Below are positions 11,942-25,094 of a stretch of DNA of 64,000 bases, in pieces. The first letter of the stretch is position 1; every line of letters starts with the position of its first letter. Source of the DNA: Cyanophora paradoxa CCMP329 (taxonomy: Eukaryota; Plantae; Glaucophyta); NCBI GenBank assembly GCA_004431415.1, contig QPMI01000510.1:124001-188000 (forward strand), in the 5' to 3' direction. The position numbers and the translations under genes are program-made. The notes under the pieces were generated by a model. It was not told the DNA's origin. It saw only the letters and a list, made by a program, of their open reading frames with translations, and did not search any database.

Positions 11942-13593
11942 CTAGTCGCGGAGGGTCCAGGCGAAGAAGTCGTTGAGGCGCGCCTCCCCGTCGAAGCCGC
12001 CGAAGACGTACGCCGAGTCCCCCACCGCCGCCGCGTCGATCCACGCCCGCGCGCTCGGCCCGTCCTGCCCCGCCCACGCCAGTGAGGCCGGGTCCAGGGC
12101 CGGGGCGGGCGGAGGGGAGGAGGGGGCACAGGGGCGCGCACGCGGCTGGGGAGGTCGTTGGGCCCGCCCGTCTGGACGCGGTACCAGCGGAAGTCCGCCG
12201 TGTCCAGCATGTACGCGTCCCCGTGGTACCTGTACCCCCAGAGTCAGAGCAGGAGGGGGGCGAGGGGCGGGGTACCACGCACTTTCCGGCGCCCTCGTGG
12301 CCCTTGGCGGATGGGTCCGCCTCGCCCCCGAACACGAACACGTACCGGTCCCGGAGGGGTACCGCCGCCGTCACGGAGCGCGGGTACGGCGTCTGTAATC
12401 CGTAAGAAGGATGCAGGAGGTGGAGAACAGAAAAAGGGGTACCTCGCCGGAGGTCGCCGGCTGCGACCACGAGCGCGTGGAGGGGTCGTACAGGAAAAGA
12501 TCGCCGAGCTCCTTCCCGCAGAAGCTGGGGTACGGCATTCAGGGCGAAAAAGGGCGTGGGAGGAAACGAGTGACTGGATATCGCGTACCCCCCGAACACG
12601 AGGAGCCTCCCACCCACGGAGCACATCAAGGGCCCCCCGCGGATGCTGGGGCCGTTCGGCGCCGCGTGCTCCTCCCACGACTGCGCCGAAAGCGTCGGAA
12701 CCCTGTACCCCCGGCTGCCTCGGCAGCCCGGGTACCGATTCACCTTCGTCTCGATGTTGTACGCGTAGAGGTCGTTCAGGCGGCCGCCGGCGCCACTGCC
12801 CGCGAAGACGAAGACCCGCGAGCCGATCGCTGGCGGCCCGCGGCGTGAGAGAGCTGCAGGGGAGGGGGGGAGAAGCGGGGGCGGGGGGTACGCACAGGCC
12901 ATGGCGTGGTAGGAGCGGACAGGGGGCGGGTTCCCCGCCGCCTTCACCTCGCTCCACTCGCGCGTCTCCGCATCGAACTGGCGCGCGGGGATCGATTCAG
13001 ATCATCGAATCTTCGGTGGGCGGGTCGGAGGTCCCTCTCACCTGCCAGAGATCGTTCATGGACAACAGCTCCTGGCTCACGCCCGTGCGCTGGACGGACC
13101 ACAGATGTCAGACCAGGAGGGGACAGCGCGGAAAATTCAGTGGAATGTACCCCGCCGAAAATGTAGAGGTACCGTCCGAGCGCGGCAGCCGCCGCATGGC
13201 CCACTGCCCCGCGACGAATATGAGGGAGGAACGCGATCGGATGGGCCATAGGGGGAGATCGCACCGCGGGCCGCGGGCGGCGTGCCCGCAGCGTCGACCT
13301 TGGACCATGCGCCCTTGGCCGGGTCGAAAGCAAAGAGCTGCGGCGCGGACCGTCAGCTGCGCGCCGCTGAGCTCCACGGGAGTGCGAGCGGCGCACGTCA
13401 TTGTCGACGGGGATGCGAGGCACGTTCTCGCCCGAGAACATGTAAATCTGATCCGCGCGCGTCAAGAAAGAAGGGGCGCGTGAGGCAAGAAGGTGCGTAC
13501 CAGTCCCCGCAGCGACGTGAGCGAGTTCGAGCTGCGCTGGGCGGGCAGGAGGCCCGCCGCCGTCGCGATGCGCTTCCAGCTGCCGCTCGGCAT
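11942..13593 (-). CDS. Kelch-repeat beta-propeller, nitrile-specifier-protein (NSP)-like
   Basis: IYMFSGENVPRIPVDND, YIFGGRTG, PPVRSYHAMA, VFVFGGEADPSAKGHEGAG and YVFGGFDG repeats. The GGE.DPS..GH.GAG motif resembles plant NSP-type kelch proteins. Confidence 0.85.
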
Positions 13594-13961
13594 GGGAAAG
13601 GAATCGGGGATCCTGCGTACGCGTGAGGTCGCGAGGCGCGGATCGCAGTGATTGTCGAAGCGAACCTGAACTTAGGAGATCAAAAACGTGTCGCGCGGCG
13701 CCGAGCTCTGCGGTCCGACGGTCCCGCAGGTTGCGTCAGTTGCGACCTGGCCCGTGAGAGCAAGCGCAAGCGGAGTCACGCTGATTATGAGTTATTACGC
13801 GGCGCGCGCGCTGGACGCGGCGCACCGGTGCCGGCCCGTCAGCGCGCGCCTGCGACGAATTGGCAGCGAGGAGGGGGGAGCGAGCCGGAGGGGGGTGCAG
13901 CAGCAGTTCGAACCATCAAAAGATACGCCGGCCGACGTACGTAGCTAGAGCAGAGATTGCC

Positions 13962-16048
13962 ATGGCATTCGCTCTCCCCGTTGTTGCCGCTACGCCGTCG
14001 ACGGCCGCGCCGTCGGTCACGTCGCTCCGCTCCTCGTTCGTCGGCGAGCGCACCAAGCAGTCGGCCAAGCGCGGTACGCGGTCCTCGGCCTTCCAATCGC
14101 TGAACTAGTTTCTCTTAGCGACGGCGTGCCGCCTCCCGCGCGTATGCAATACCGCGAACTTACCTGCGAACATTACGCAGATGCAACGGTTCACGTCGAG
14201 GCGTCCCCGGCGGTATTCTGCTCTGCCGAGCAGCAGGAGCGTGGCGTGCCGCGCCGCTCCCTCCTCGGCGGCCTGGTCGCCGCTCTCGCCGCGGGTGCCG
14301 CGGCGTCCCGCCCGGTCCGCGCCGAGCCCGAGAAGGGCTGGGCGGGTGAGCGCGGCAAGGAGCTCGCGTTTGTGCAACGAAGTCCGCTGACAGCGCTCTT
14401 CCGCTCGCAGGCTGGCTGGAGTCGGCCGGCGACGAGGCTGTTGAGGACGCCCTCCGCTACGACCTCGTGACCGTGCGCCGGCGCTCGCCGCCGCCGTCGC
14501 CGAGGCGTGCGGCGCCGGCTCTGACAACGGATCGCATCGAATCTTCGCAGACCATCCAGAAGAACAACAACGCCGCGCCCGTGCTCCGCCTCGGTGCGCA
14601 GCGAGGACTCTGGTTGTGGTCCCAGCGTCGATCCGACGCGCCGCCGCGGCTTGCGCAGCCTTCCACGACGCGGGCGTGGGCGGCCCCGACGGCTCGATCC
14701 GCTTCCCCGACGAGCTCTCGCGCCCGGAGAACGGCGGCCTCCAAGCCGCCCTCGACTCCATCAAGCCCGTGCGCGCCCCGGGGCCCCGGACCCCGGGCGC
14801 TCTGAGCCCCAGCAGATCAAGCCCCTCTACGCCTCGTACTCGTGGGCCGACTTCATCGCCGTCGCCGGCGCCGCGGCCGTCGAGGTGGCCGGCGGCCCCA
14901 TCATCCGCGTCGGCCTCGGCCGCAAGGACGCCCCCAAGGCCGGTGCGCGCCTGCCGGCCAGATAGCAGAAGCAGCTAGAAACAAGCGAATCACTGCTCTC
15001 GCGCGCCTGCTCCTGCGCCTGACGCCCCGTGCCGGCAGGCCCCGTCGGCAAGCTCCCCTCGTTCGAGGCCGACGCCAACGGTGCGCCGGCACGAGCAGAG
15101 CCAATCTAAGCGAATCTAAGCTAAGAGGATCCGATCTAAGCCACGCTGAGCCGCTCGAGTGGAATTCAGCTGATCCGAGATGAGCCGCCCTAGGCCCGCG
15201 CCCGCGCCCCGCCTCTCGCCTCGCCTCGGGCCTCGCTGCCCCTCCCGCTGGGGGCGGGTCTGAGGCAGGCGCTGGTCTCAGCCGAGCCGGGGTCGTGGAT
15301 CGCTGCGCCCCGGGAGGCGAGCTGACGTGCTCGTGCAGGCCTGCGGGAGACGTTCGCGGTGTACGGCTTGAAGGACAAGGACATCGTCGCCCTCTCCGGT
15401 GCGCCCCTCCCCTCCCCGGCCGCCCCGGCGGCGGCGGCGGCGGTGGGGCGGGCCTCGGCCCGCGCGGACGCCTGTGGCGCGCGCGAGAACGTGCCCTGAC
15501 GCGCCTCGCGCGCGCAGGCGCGCACACCCTGGGCAAGTTCACCATGCCCGACGGCACCCGCTTCGCCTGGACCCCCGGTGCGCCCCGCTCCGCCCACGTT
15601 CTAGTGCCCGCCCGGCGGCCGGCTCGAGACGCGGATCGCCCCGCGGGCCTCGGGCGCGCGCTCACGCCCCGCCGGTCGGCGGCCCCCCGCGGCAGAGCCG
15701 GAGAAGTTCGACAACTCGTACTTCAAGGTGCTCACGGGCGAGGTGAAGGGGATGACCCTCCCCTCGGACGTGGCCCTCACCAAGGACCCCATCTTCAAGG
15801 CGCGCCGCCCCCGCCCAGCGCCCCGGCCGGGCCCCGCCCGCCTCGCGTCTGCTCTGACGCCCTCCTCGTCCTCCCCCTGCAGGACCTCGTCGAGATCTAC
15901 GCCCGCGACCAGACGATCTTCTTCAACGACTTCGCCCGGAGCTACAAGCGGTGCGCGGGGGGCCCGGGGCCCGGGCCGTCCCTCCCTGCAGGCCCCGCCA
16001 CTAGCGCTTACCCGACTCGCTCGCAGCATGACCGCGATTAAGAAGTAA
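13962..16048 (+). CDS. Class I heme peroxidase (APX/APX-R-like) with bipartite plastid plus Tat lumen signal
   Basis: Transit peptide MAFALPVVAATPS..., then RRSLLGGLVAALAAGAAASRPVRA. Core motifs: VLRLAFHDAG, GPDGSIRF, SWADFIAVAG, DIVALSGAHTLG, WTPEPEKFDNSYFK, LPSDVALTKDP. Confidence 0.92.
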
Positions 16049-17022
16049 GAAATTACAATTATCAAGATATCGCTTTATGTATAGCTGGACCAAATCGAAT
16101 GCAATGCGAGCGTAGCCGAGTCGAACGCGAAGCCACTGCGCCTCATAGATCGGCGTTCAAATTTACAGCGCTCCGGTGGAGCCGCACGTGAGCCGCGCCC
16201 CTACGTCTAGCGAACTGAGCGAACTAGCGAGCTGTCCTATACTTGCAATTGCACTTGCCTAGCCTCCAGACATCAATGTCCGGGCACCAGATCAAATTAT
16301 TCTCGAAGTTCATGATCAGCATTTCCCGCAGCCCTTCTTCAATGTTTCCCACCTACGCACGCGTTCGCAGGCGAAGCTTTTTAAGAACGACGAGACAGCG
16401 GTTGGCGAGGCGTACGCACATGCGGGCGAAGGCGGCTGCCGTCCGCGAATTCGAGCGCGGAGAGGCGGACGCCCCGTCAGAGCCGGCATCAGATGCCGAC
16501 GCTCGGGTTCCCTGCATGAGCGGCTCTGACGCTCCTGCGAGCGAGGACGACATCGAGGTGCCTGCGGCATGCGCGAGCGCGTCAAACGTCGAGAGACAAG
16601 AATTTCTGAATTAGTGCGTGACGCGTTCGGGCCGGCGCGATCGGTGAGAGGCGGGGCCGTGGCTTCGCCAATCCGCCGCTGATAAATCGCTCGCGCGATC
16701 GCGCGTCGTTCTCCTTGCGCCGAGCGGCTGTACGCGCACCGTAGCTCGCGCGCGCCTCTCCGCGCTTGAGCAACGACGCCTGAGATCGTATTGAGTGTGT
16801 GTTGAACTAAAGCGGCGCGCTTGCGGCGCGCGAGAGCCGGGGGCGCGCCTTCGAGGTCTCCATTTGTTGCTGTCCACCTGTACCCCCAGACTTCGTGCCC
16901 AATCTTGGGGTTGCAAGAACAGGCACAGGCGACGCACATTTCACTAGGTCTCAGCCTCGTGACATCGTTCTTCTACCAGAGAGCCCAACAGACAGACCCT
17001 CGACACCTTCGTAACCTCGACG

Positions 17023-17927
17023 ATGACGAAGTCGAAGAAGAGTCAGCCTTTCCGTGAGGGACCCGAGGTGCGCTTGTTCCAAAGAAGCGTTTTCTGTCGG
17101 TGACGGCAGCGTCCGCGATCTGCGGTAGACGTATTCGCCTTGGTGGCAGACGAAGCAGGAAGTACCCAAGCCCGCCGTCGTCGAGGCGAAGCATGTGCGC
17201 GTCCTTCGCGAAGGCAGTTTAGCTGCTCGAAGCCGAGCGCCGCAACCCGCCGCACTCGGCCGCCATGGCCAATCGGCCGCGGCCTCAGCTGCAGGGCCCG
17301 CGCGCCGCCGCCGATAAACGCCCTAATCCACCCAAACTAGCGATCGCCCGATCGAACAGCGCTAGCCCTACAAGGCAATGCGACTCTTCTTAGCTATATA
17401 TAAGGCTTCCCAAGCCGTGCTAGCGCTCCGAGGCTCGCCGGCCGCGGCAAGTTGCCGCTCGGATCGTTTGACGCGTGCGTGCGCGCGGGCGCCGCAGAGC
17501 ATGCCGAACTTCAAGGAGCCGATCTTCAACACGCCCAGCTTCCCCTTCCAGTCCCAGGTCGGATTCCAGGGCACGGGTCGAAAGCCGGCCGCGGCGGGTT
17601 GTCCTCAGCTCTGGGCTCACGGCGGCGGCGGGGGCGCAGGTGCGGGACAGCGTGTGGGTGGAGGGCGCGAAGGACCACGCCGGCGCCTGGTGGGTCGAGG
17701 AGGAGCGCGCCCACGGCCCCAGGAAGTCCCGCGTGCGTTCCCGACCCCCGCGCCGCTTTAAAGAGGCAGCGCCCATGGCCAGGCCAGGCCAGGGCTGCAG
17801 CTGCCCGACTGCCCGCCCCGCGCGGCCGCGGTAGCCCGGGGATGTCGCCCTGACCGGCGGCCTGCGGCAGGGGCACGAGGGCGAGAGCACCAGCTGCGGC
17901 GCCTTCCTCGTCCGCTTCCTCCGGTGA
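17023..17927 (+). CDS. Small Trp-rich protein of unknown function, paralog A (~106 aa)
   Basis: Spliced: MTKSKKSQPFREGPE|TYSPWWQTKQEVPKPAVVEAKH|SMPNFKEPIFNTPSFPFQSQ|VRDSVWVEGAKDHAGAWWVEEERAHGPRKSR|GHEGESTSCGAFLVRFLR*. Supported by homology and shared intron positions with 24095-24966. Confidence 0.75.
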
Positions 17928-18273
17928 GCTCCACTGGGTGCTGGTTTCGATCGCGAGCTCGCTTATCAGTTAGACTGGAGCCCGAGTCATGATCACGATT
18001 AATTGAAGATTTGGATTTAGCTATAGCAAGATTAGATACAGCTGCAGTGGCTGCAGCGTCCGTACCCCTCCCCCTGCTGAGGCTGTGCGATTCTGTCGTG
18101 TTTCGGATTCGTTTTGTAATTAAGAATAACCTGCTGCTTGCATGTGAGATGGCAAAAAAAGGCGCGGAAAAAGCTAAACCCGCTAGCTACATGCGGGCGG
18201 ATAAATAGAAAGACTGCTGCAGGAAAAAGACTCGGCCGCGAGGGGCGGAGGGGGCGATCGAGACGCCGGGGTG

Positions 18274-19476
18274 TCAGCGGGGGGAGTCGACGCCGGCCTC
18301 GGCCCCGGCGAGCTCGTAGTCGTGCGCGTAGACGTCCCGGTCCGCGAAGCGGCTCCGGGGGCGGTGGCCCCGCCCCGAGCGCCACGAGGAGCCGCCCTCG
18401 CCGAAGGCCGGCGGGGCGAGGAGGCCGCTGCCGGGGACGCTGCCGCTGCCGGGGGCCCCGGCGGGGGCGCGGTCGGCGGCGTGCATGAGGGCGGCGTGGT
18501 GGGCCTCGCGGGCGCGCGCGTTCTCGCCGGAGCGCTTGGCAGAGGCGAACTCGGCGAGGATGTCGGCGTGCGCCGCCGCGACCTCCTCGGAGAGCAGCGA
18601 GGCCCCGCTCGCCCCGCTGCCCCCAGCGTCCGCGCCGACCCGCCCCCGGGCCCCGCCCGCAGCAGCCGCGGCGACGGCGACGGCTGCCGCCGCGGCGACG
18701 GCGGCACGGGGCCGGCCCGCGGGCTCTCCGGCGGGGTCAGGCCCACCGTGGGCCACTGCTCGGGCACCCCGAGAGCAGCAGCGCCGGCGGCGCGGGGCTG
18801 CGCGGGGCCGGCCCGTGCCCGTGCGCGTGCCCGGGGGCGTGCCAGTGGGAGTGGGGCGCGCCGGGGTGCTCGGGCCCAGGGCTGGGGGTCGGGTCCCCGG
18901 GGAGCACGGGCTCCGTCCCGGGCTCGTGGTCGTGGTCGTGGAGCCTGGGGTACCCCCACGTCAGCTCGGGGGCTCGGGCGCACAGCTCAAATCAGAAGCG
19001 GAGGGCACCCGAGGGCGCAGAGGGCGCAGCGCTTGTACTTCATCATGACGCCTGCGGGCGCGAGGGGGGCCGGGGGTCGAAGTCCGCGGGGAGGCGAAGA
19101 GAAGGGGCGCGGGGCGGGCGGGGCGTACGGTGGAGGCGGGCGAGGAGGTTGTCGAGCTCGCGGCGCAGCGCCGCCCGCTCGGCCGCCTCCGCGCGCCGCC
19201 CGCCCTCCTCCGCCCGCAGCCGCGCCTCCAGCTCCTCGCACCGCGCCTGCCGCAGGGCCGCGGGGCCCCGTCAGGGTCTCTCCCACGCGGGCGGGCGGGC
19301 GGGGCGGGCGGGGCGCGCCTCGGCGAGGGCGCGCTCGCCGCGCTCGGCCTCGAGCGCCTCCGCCGCCTCCCGCAGCGCCGCGTCCCGCTCCCCCAGCGCA
19401 GCCTGCCCGGGGCCCCCGCCCGCTCAGATCTGGGCCAGAACCAGCGGGCGGGGGGCGGGCGGGGAGGCGGGCCGGG

Positions 19477-19512
<36 letters not shown>

Positions 19513-20128
19513 CTCGAGGGCGCCCTTGGCGGCGAGGAGCATGCGGACCTCCTCCTGTAGGCCCGCCTCGATCTGCCCCCGCCGCCCCCGCCCCGTCAGG
19601 CCCGCCGCCTCCGCTGCCCCCAAGCCGCCGGCGCGGGGCTGGCACCTCCTCGAGGCGGCGGCGGTCGGCGAGCTCGCGCTCGAGGCGCGCCGCCATGTCC
19701 CCCGCCCGGTCCCCCAGCTCCATCAGCCGCACCTGCCCCCGCGCGGCGGCCGTGAGGCGGCGCGAGCGGGGGCGGGGGCCGAGGGCGGGGCGTCCGTGGG
19801 GGAGCACCTCGGTGTGGCCGGCGGCGTCCTGGGCGGCGAGGCGCGCCTCCTTCTCCGCCCCGTAGGCCTTCGTCAGCAGCGCGTTCTTCGAGCGGATCTC
19901 CTGCGCCCGCCGGCGTCAGGGCTGGGGGGGCGCCGCCTGCTCTGCCTCTAGCTCCGCCTGCCCCCGGCATCGAGCTCTGGGGCCGGGGGCGCACGGCGAG
20001 GGCGGCGTCGGTGCGCTGGAGGTCGCCCGCCGCCCGCTCGAGCTCGTGCTCCCGGTTCATCAGCTTGTACGCCAGGATCAGGTTCTTCTCCTGCGCGCCG
20101 CCACGCTGGCGAGTCGGGGGAGGAGGGA

Positions 20129-20159
<31 letters not shown>

Positions 20160-21852
20160 GGGGCGGGCGGGGCGGGGCGGGCGGCGGGCACCTGGAGGGG
20201 CACAAGGCGGTCGAGGGTGGCCCGCGCGCTGACCTCCGCCCGCCGCCGCCGCTGCGTCTCCCGCTCCAGCTCCCCCCGCAGCTTCGCGCGCTCCTGCGCC
20301 CCCGCCCCGCCCCGTCACCCGGGCCGGGGAGGGAGGAAGGGGGCCTGCGGGAGGGCGGGGCCTGCGCGCCTTGGCGAGGAGGCGGAGGCGGCGGTACTGC
20401 GAGAGGAGCGTCGCTCGCTGCCGCTCGCGCGACCGCTCCTCCTTCCTGCGCGCCGCGGGGCGGGGCGTGAGGGGGGAGAGGGGAGAGGCGGCCCGCGCCC
20501 GCCCGCCCGGCCCCGCCCGGCGCACTTGAGGAGGGCGTCCAGCTGCTCGTTCCGCTTCTCCAGGTTCGAGATGCGGATCTGCGGGCGGGCGGGCGGGGGG
20601 GCGGCTCGGGCGAGGGCGCGGGGGCGGGGCGGGGCGGGCGGGGGCGGCGGGGGCACCTGGCGGTCCATGGAGAGGGCGTCGGTCTCCCACCGCACCCGCT
20701 CGATCTCGTTCATCCGCCGCGTCTGCCGCCCCCCCCCGTGAGGCGCGCGGGGGCGAGGGGCGAGGGGCGGGGAGGGGGCGCACGAGGCGGTCGGCGGTCT
20801 CGCGGAGGTGCTGGACCTCCTGGGCGGCCGTCACCGCCACCACCGCCCCCCGCTCGAACTCCTCCTGCCCCCCACCGTCGGCCCCCGCGGCAGCACTCGC
20901 CGGCGGGGCGGGGCCCGCGGGGGACCTGCGCGCGGTGGAAGCGGGAGGCGAGCTCGATGTTCTCCCGCAGCAGCACGATCGACTCCGCCTCCACGTGCGT
21001 CAGCATCTCCTGCCCGCCCCGGCCCCCGGAGCGCCCCGTCAGAGCCCGCCCGAGGCCGCGGGGCGCGGGGCGGGGCGGGGGCACGTGGGTGCGCTGGTGG
21101 TCGGCGCGCTCGGCCTCGAGGCGGGCCCGCAGCGCGTCCACCTTCGCCCGCAGCGCCTCCGCCTCGTCGTTCTCCTGCGCCCCGCCCCCCCCGGCCCCTC
21201 AGCCCCCGCCCCTCCCCCGCCCTCCCATTCGTCCCCCAGCCCGTTCGTGTCAGGCACCCAGGGGGTAGCTACAGCCGGCCCCGCCTGCCTGCCCGCCTTG
21301 AAGGATGGGGTTCGAACCCAGGGGCGGAAAGCCCCGCCCCGCCCCCGGTCCCGCCCCGTCGCGCCGCTCCGCAGCAAACACCCCCCCCCCCCCCACCCCA
21401 CCCCTCGACCCTGTACCCCCTCCCCTCCCCCCCAAGCGCTCCGCGTGGCGCACCTCCCACTCCTCCGCTTCGGGGATGTCCCCCTCCCCCAGCTCCTCCA
21501 CAACCTGGGGTGCGCTTTCATTGGACGAGGTACGAGTTGGTTGGAAGGTTGGCGGTGGAAGCAAGGGCACCTTTTCCGCGAGCGACATGCGCCCGTCGCG
21601 GGTTGGGGGCGGTAGCGTGGGGGTACCATCTACGAGCTGGGGGTACTCCAAAGGCATTCCGAAGGTACGCCATAGATCCTCGGCCGTAGAGGGGCGGTAC
21701 CCAGGCTCCGTGAAGGCCCGGGGCGGGGCCGTGCGCGGGGGAGGCTGGGGAAAGGAGGCGGCGGGTGTGCCGCGCCCGCCGTGCGGGAGGGCGGCGGAGG
21801 TGCGCGGCCGTTCGGGCGAGGCCGGCGTGAGCCTCCTCGCCGTAGACGACAT
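18274..21852 (-). CDS. Long coiled-coil protein of unknown function, multi-exon; start uncertain
   Basis: Successive exons encode heptad-like E/R/A/L-rich peptides, e.g. EMLTHVEAESIVLLRENIELASRFHRAQ, MNEIERVRWETDALSMDRQ and EKNLILAYKLMNREHELERA. Confidence 0.7.
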
Positions 21853-22524
21853 GTCGCTCGAGGGCGCTGCGGGCGGCGCGCGGTCAGAGCCTCGGAGCCG
21901 GCCCACGGGCGGCTCGTTCCCGTGAGAGCTTGAACCGCAGAAAGCGCCTCCCGTGCGCCGTGAAACTAGCAGCATGCTCAGCGCAGCGCCGCACCTGAGT
22001 TCGTCCGCAGTGACGCGTTCAGGATGCCGCTGCGAGGAGTCTGCGGCACGCCCATCTTCACCAGCTTCGCACCAACCGTGTAATACTTCATCGCTCGCAC
22101 TGCGGCGGCGTGCTGCTCAGCGGGCGCGGTGCTCAGGGCGGATTCAGCGCACAGGTCGCTGCGGTGCAGCTGTTTGGCCCAATCGATGAGCGGGGGGTGG
22201 GCACTCCGGGCGTGCTAGCGCTGCAGCTCATCGGAGTCCCCGGCGCCGTCATCCTTCTGAACTGCGCAGCCGTTTGCCTTGCCGGTGCCGCCGCGGACTG
22301 GCTATGCCAAAGAAGGGGCGGCAGGAGGTCGCCGAGGAGCTCGCCTAGGACATATGCGCGTTTGGGAGCATCGCACAATCGCTTCAATTTGGAGGCGTCG
22401 GGATACCGTAATTTGTTTGAGAGTCGTCGCGTGGACGTCCGACCCTCGGCCTGCAGAACAACCGGAGAGAGTCAGCTGCAGTGATTTAGCGACAGTTAGT
22501 TTCAGCCGCTCCCTGGCTTCTCGA

Positions 22525-23499
22525 ATGATGGTGCGTAGCGCTTCGTCCTCCAGTGCCGCGCGGGTAGCTTCCACGGGCCTCGGTTACTGATGGCCCGTTT
22601 TGGCGATGTGTTTCTAGGGGGTGAAAGAAGGAGCGAGCGGCCGTCAAAGCGCAGAACTCAGGAGGTTGGGCATCAAGTACAATCCGCCGCAGCTGATCGT
22701 AGAGTACTTCTCGGGGGGAGAGGGCAAGCTTCGCCAGCGCGCGTTGAGGCTACATCACCTGCGAGCGGACTCGGACGCGGGGCGGGTCACCACCAAGCTC
22801 TTTAAGTGTAGTAAGATTCTAGACCAGAACCAGGTGTCCTTCGACCAGGTGCGTGCGCATCCACTGCAGCTCAGCGGGGCTCCCGCCGCGCGCCCCGACC
22901 GCCCCCCGCTCTGTAGGTCAAGCGGCTGGTCGTTCAGCTTGTCCAGCACCTCAAGGCTCAGCCATCGACCACGGATAGCGGCTCATCTAGTAGCAGTTCA
23001 GATACGCTGCAGCGGCTTTCCACTCCTCCAGCGGACGCCACTTGCGAAGACCTGAACAAGGCAGGCCACGTATTGCCGGCCGGAAGAGACGCCGCCCGAC
23101 GCGCCCGCGCAGGTATCGGAGGAGGAGCTAAAGCGGAGGAAGGCTGAGATGGATCGTGAGTTTGAAAAGAACAGGAAGAAGCCCGGCGACCCCGACTTCG
23201 TGTACGATGTTCAGGTTCGAGCGGCTGTCCGGCTGCCTTGCGCCCGGGACGAGCTGCGCAAGCCTCTTCCACTTAGAACATAGCCCCGTATACATCTGCT
23301 TCTCTCTTTCCCGTCGCCCCTCGCTTCTCGTTCGGCGCGCTTACGCCGTGCGTGCCTTCCGCCGGTTCGCAGAAAGATTTCCAACCCACGGAAGAGAACG
23401 AGTGGGACGAAGGCGCGTTCAACCGCAATTTTGCTCTGCTTGCGGCGCATTGACGTCCGCACAGATATGCCGGACCCCGAAGAGGAGGAGCTCTGGTAG
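22525..23499 (+). CDS. CEP19: Centrosomal protein CEP19 homolog
   Basis: RRLGIKYNPPQLIVEY N-terminal motif and DLNKVSEEELKRRKAEMDREFEKNRKKPGDPDFVYDVQKDF...EWDE C-terminal motif. Confidence 0.9.
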
Positions 23500-24094
23500 A
23501 GCGCTTCTCCTCTTCCTCCTTTGATCCGCCTTCCTTCTCCCGTCCGAGCCCGCCTTCTCTTCTTGATTCTTTTTCCTCTCCCAATTCTTCCAGCGACCCC
23601 TCCATCCACCTCCTTCCTTCGCCTCCCCGCCTTCGGTTCCACTTCAGATCCAGCCCAAACCAGCACCATCCGTATCCCCCCTTCCCATCTTCCATGCCCT
23701 CTTCCTCGGCCTCTCGAGCGGCACGACGGCGGCCCATAGTCCCCTTTCTATTCTGGGCCAGGGCCCTCAACATTTATTGCGATCCATGCAGCCCTGCATG
23801 TGCTTACTTGAAATGCTTGCATGTATGTATGTACCTAGTGCTTAGTACCTAGCTATACGTAGAAAATGTTAACGCGTAGTCATTGTTTGTGAACCTCTGT
23901 TTCACATGCCCAGCACAAGCTGCACAACCCGTCTAGCTATAGGTGTGGAGTTGACCTTGCTAACTGCAGAGGCGGGATTCATTCGATTAGTATAACGGAC
24001 GCGGGTGAAATGATCTATAGTAGAAGCTATTCGGAACCTACACGTACAAGACTCTGAGATGGGGGCGCGAGATTTGATAATTACGAGGATCTAA

Positions 24095-24966
24095 TTAAGA
24101 TGCGCGGCGGCGAGTCTCCCGCACTGGAGTGTCCTTCTTGCTCTCCTCCTTCTTGGAGGCGTTTTCGAATTGCTTTAGCTTGCGCTTCAGGCCAGCCGGC
24201 AACTTGTCCTCGGGCGTGTTCCACCAGCAACCCTCTGCGCATGCGGCGTGGCGGGTCGGGCACGGCCCGGCAGGGTCGCCATAAGCGAGCGCACCGTGCT
24301 CCTTCGCGCCCTCCACCCACACGCTCTCGCGTACTTGGGTTTTCCACGGGAAAACCTGCACAGCAACCTTTGTAAGTTACTCGTCGACCGACGAGCAAGG
24401 TTCCAAGGATAAAAGGGATGGGCAGCGAAGTCGTAGAATGTACGGCCCGCGGCTTTTCTTGAAGTTGGGAGACGCACCGGCGGCACATTCACGCCGCGCA
24501 GGGGCGCGGGCTCGAGCTTGCTGAAGACAGCGTCCTTGAAGTCGGGCAGGCTCTGCGCCGTACAGCTCAGGCATAGATTTTAACATGCGCACTTAGCTAT
24601 GTGAAGCTAAGACGCGAGCGGGACGTTCGCTGAAGGGCTCTCCTTTCCGAGGCTCGGTCGGATTCCTATCGAGCTGACGGGGGCCTGTCACGCACCTTCT
24701 CGGACTTGACCTCAACGGGCTTTAGGAGCTCGGGCTTCTCCCGCCACCAGACCAGGACGTTCTGCGGGAAATGACGGGTTCAGGCATGACTATGTCACAG
24801 AACGCGAGGCCGCCGGGCAGCTTCAACGAGGCCAGATATACGCAACGATCTCCTTGAACGGAACAGGGGCCGCAGCCTTGGTCTCCTTCGCTTTCTTCGA
24901 CTCAGGTTTCTTGTCGGGCTCGTCCTTCGTGTCTGCCTCGGAATCACGCTTCGACTTGCGAGCCAT
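24095..24966 (-). CDS. Small Trp-rich protein of unknown function, paralog B
   Basis: Spliced: MARKSKRD...PFKEI|NVLVWWREKPELLKPVEVKSEK|SLPDFKDAVFSKLEPAPLRGVNVPP|VFPWKTQVRESVWVEGAKEHEGCWWNTPEDKLP...RRRAS*. Confidence 0.78.
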
Positions 24967-25094
24967 GTCGATCGACTCTACGTCTTCGGTCGCTGCGCAC
25001 AGTAACTGCTGCGCTACTTGAACACGAGCAGTACCCCTATGGGCCGGACCCCCGGCCCCGGGACCCGGGACCCCAAACCCGAGTTTTGCCTGCC

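Noticed and set aside
22302-22574. Separate minus-strand gene (MEATRAALEDE...)
   Set aside because: It overlaps the CEP19 start and first intron and has no recognisable motif. It cannot be supported without transcripts.
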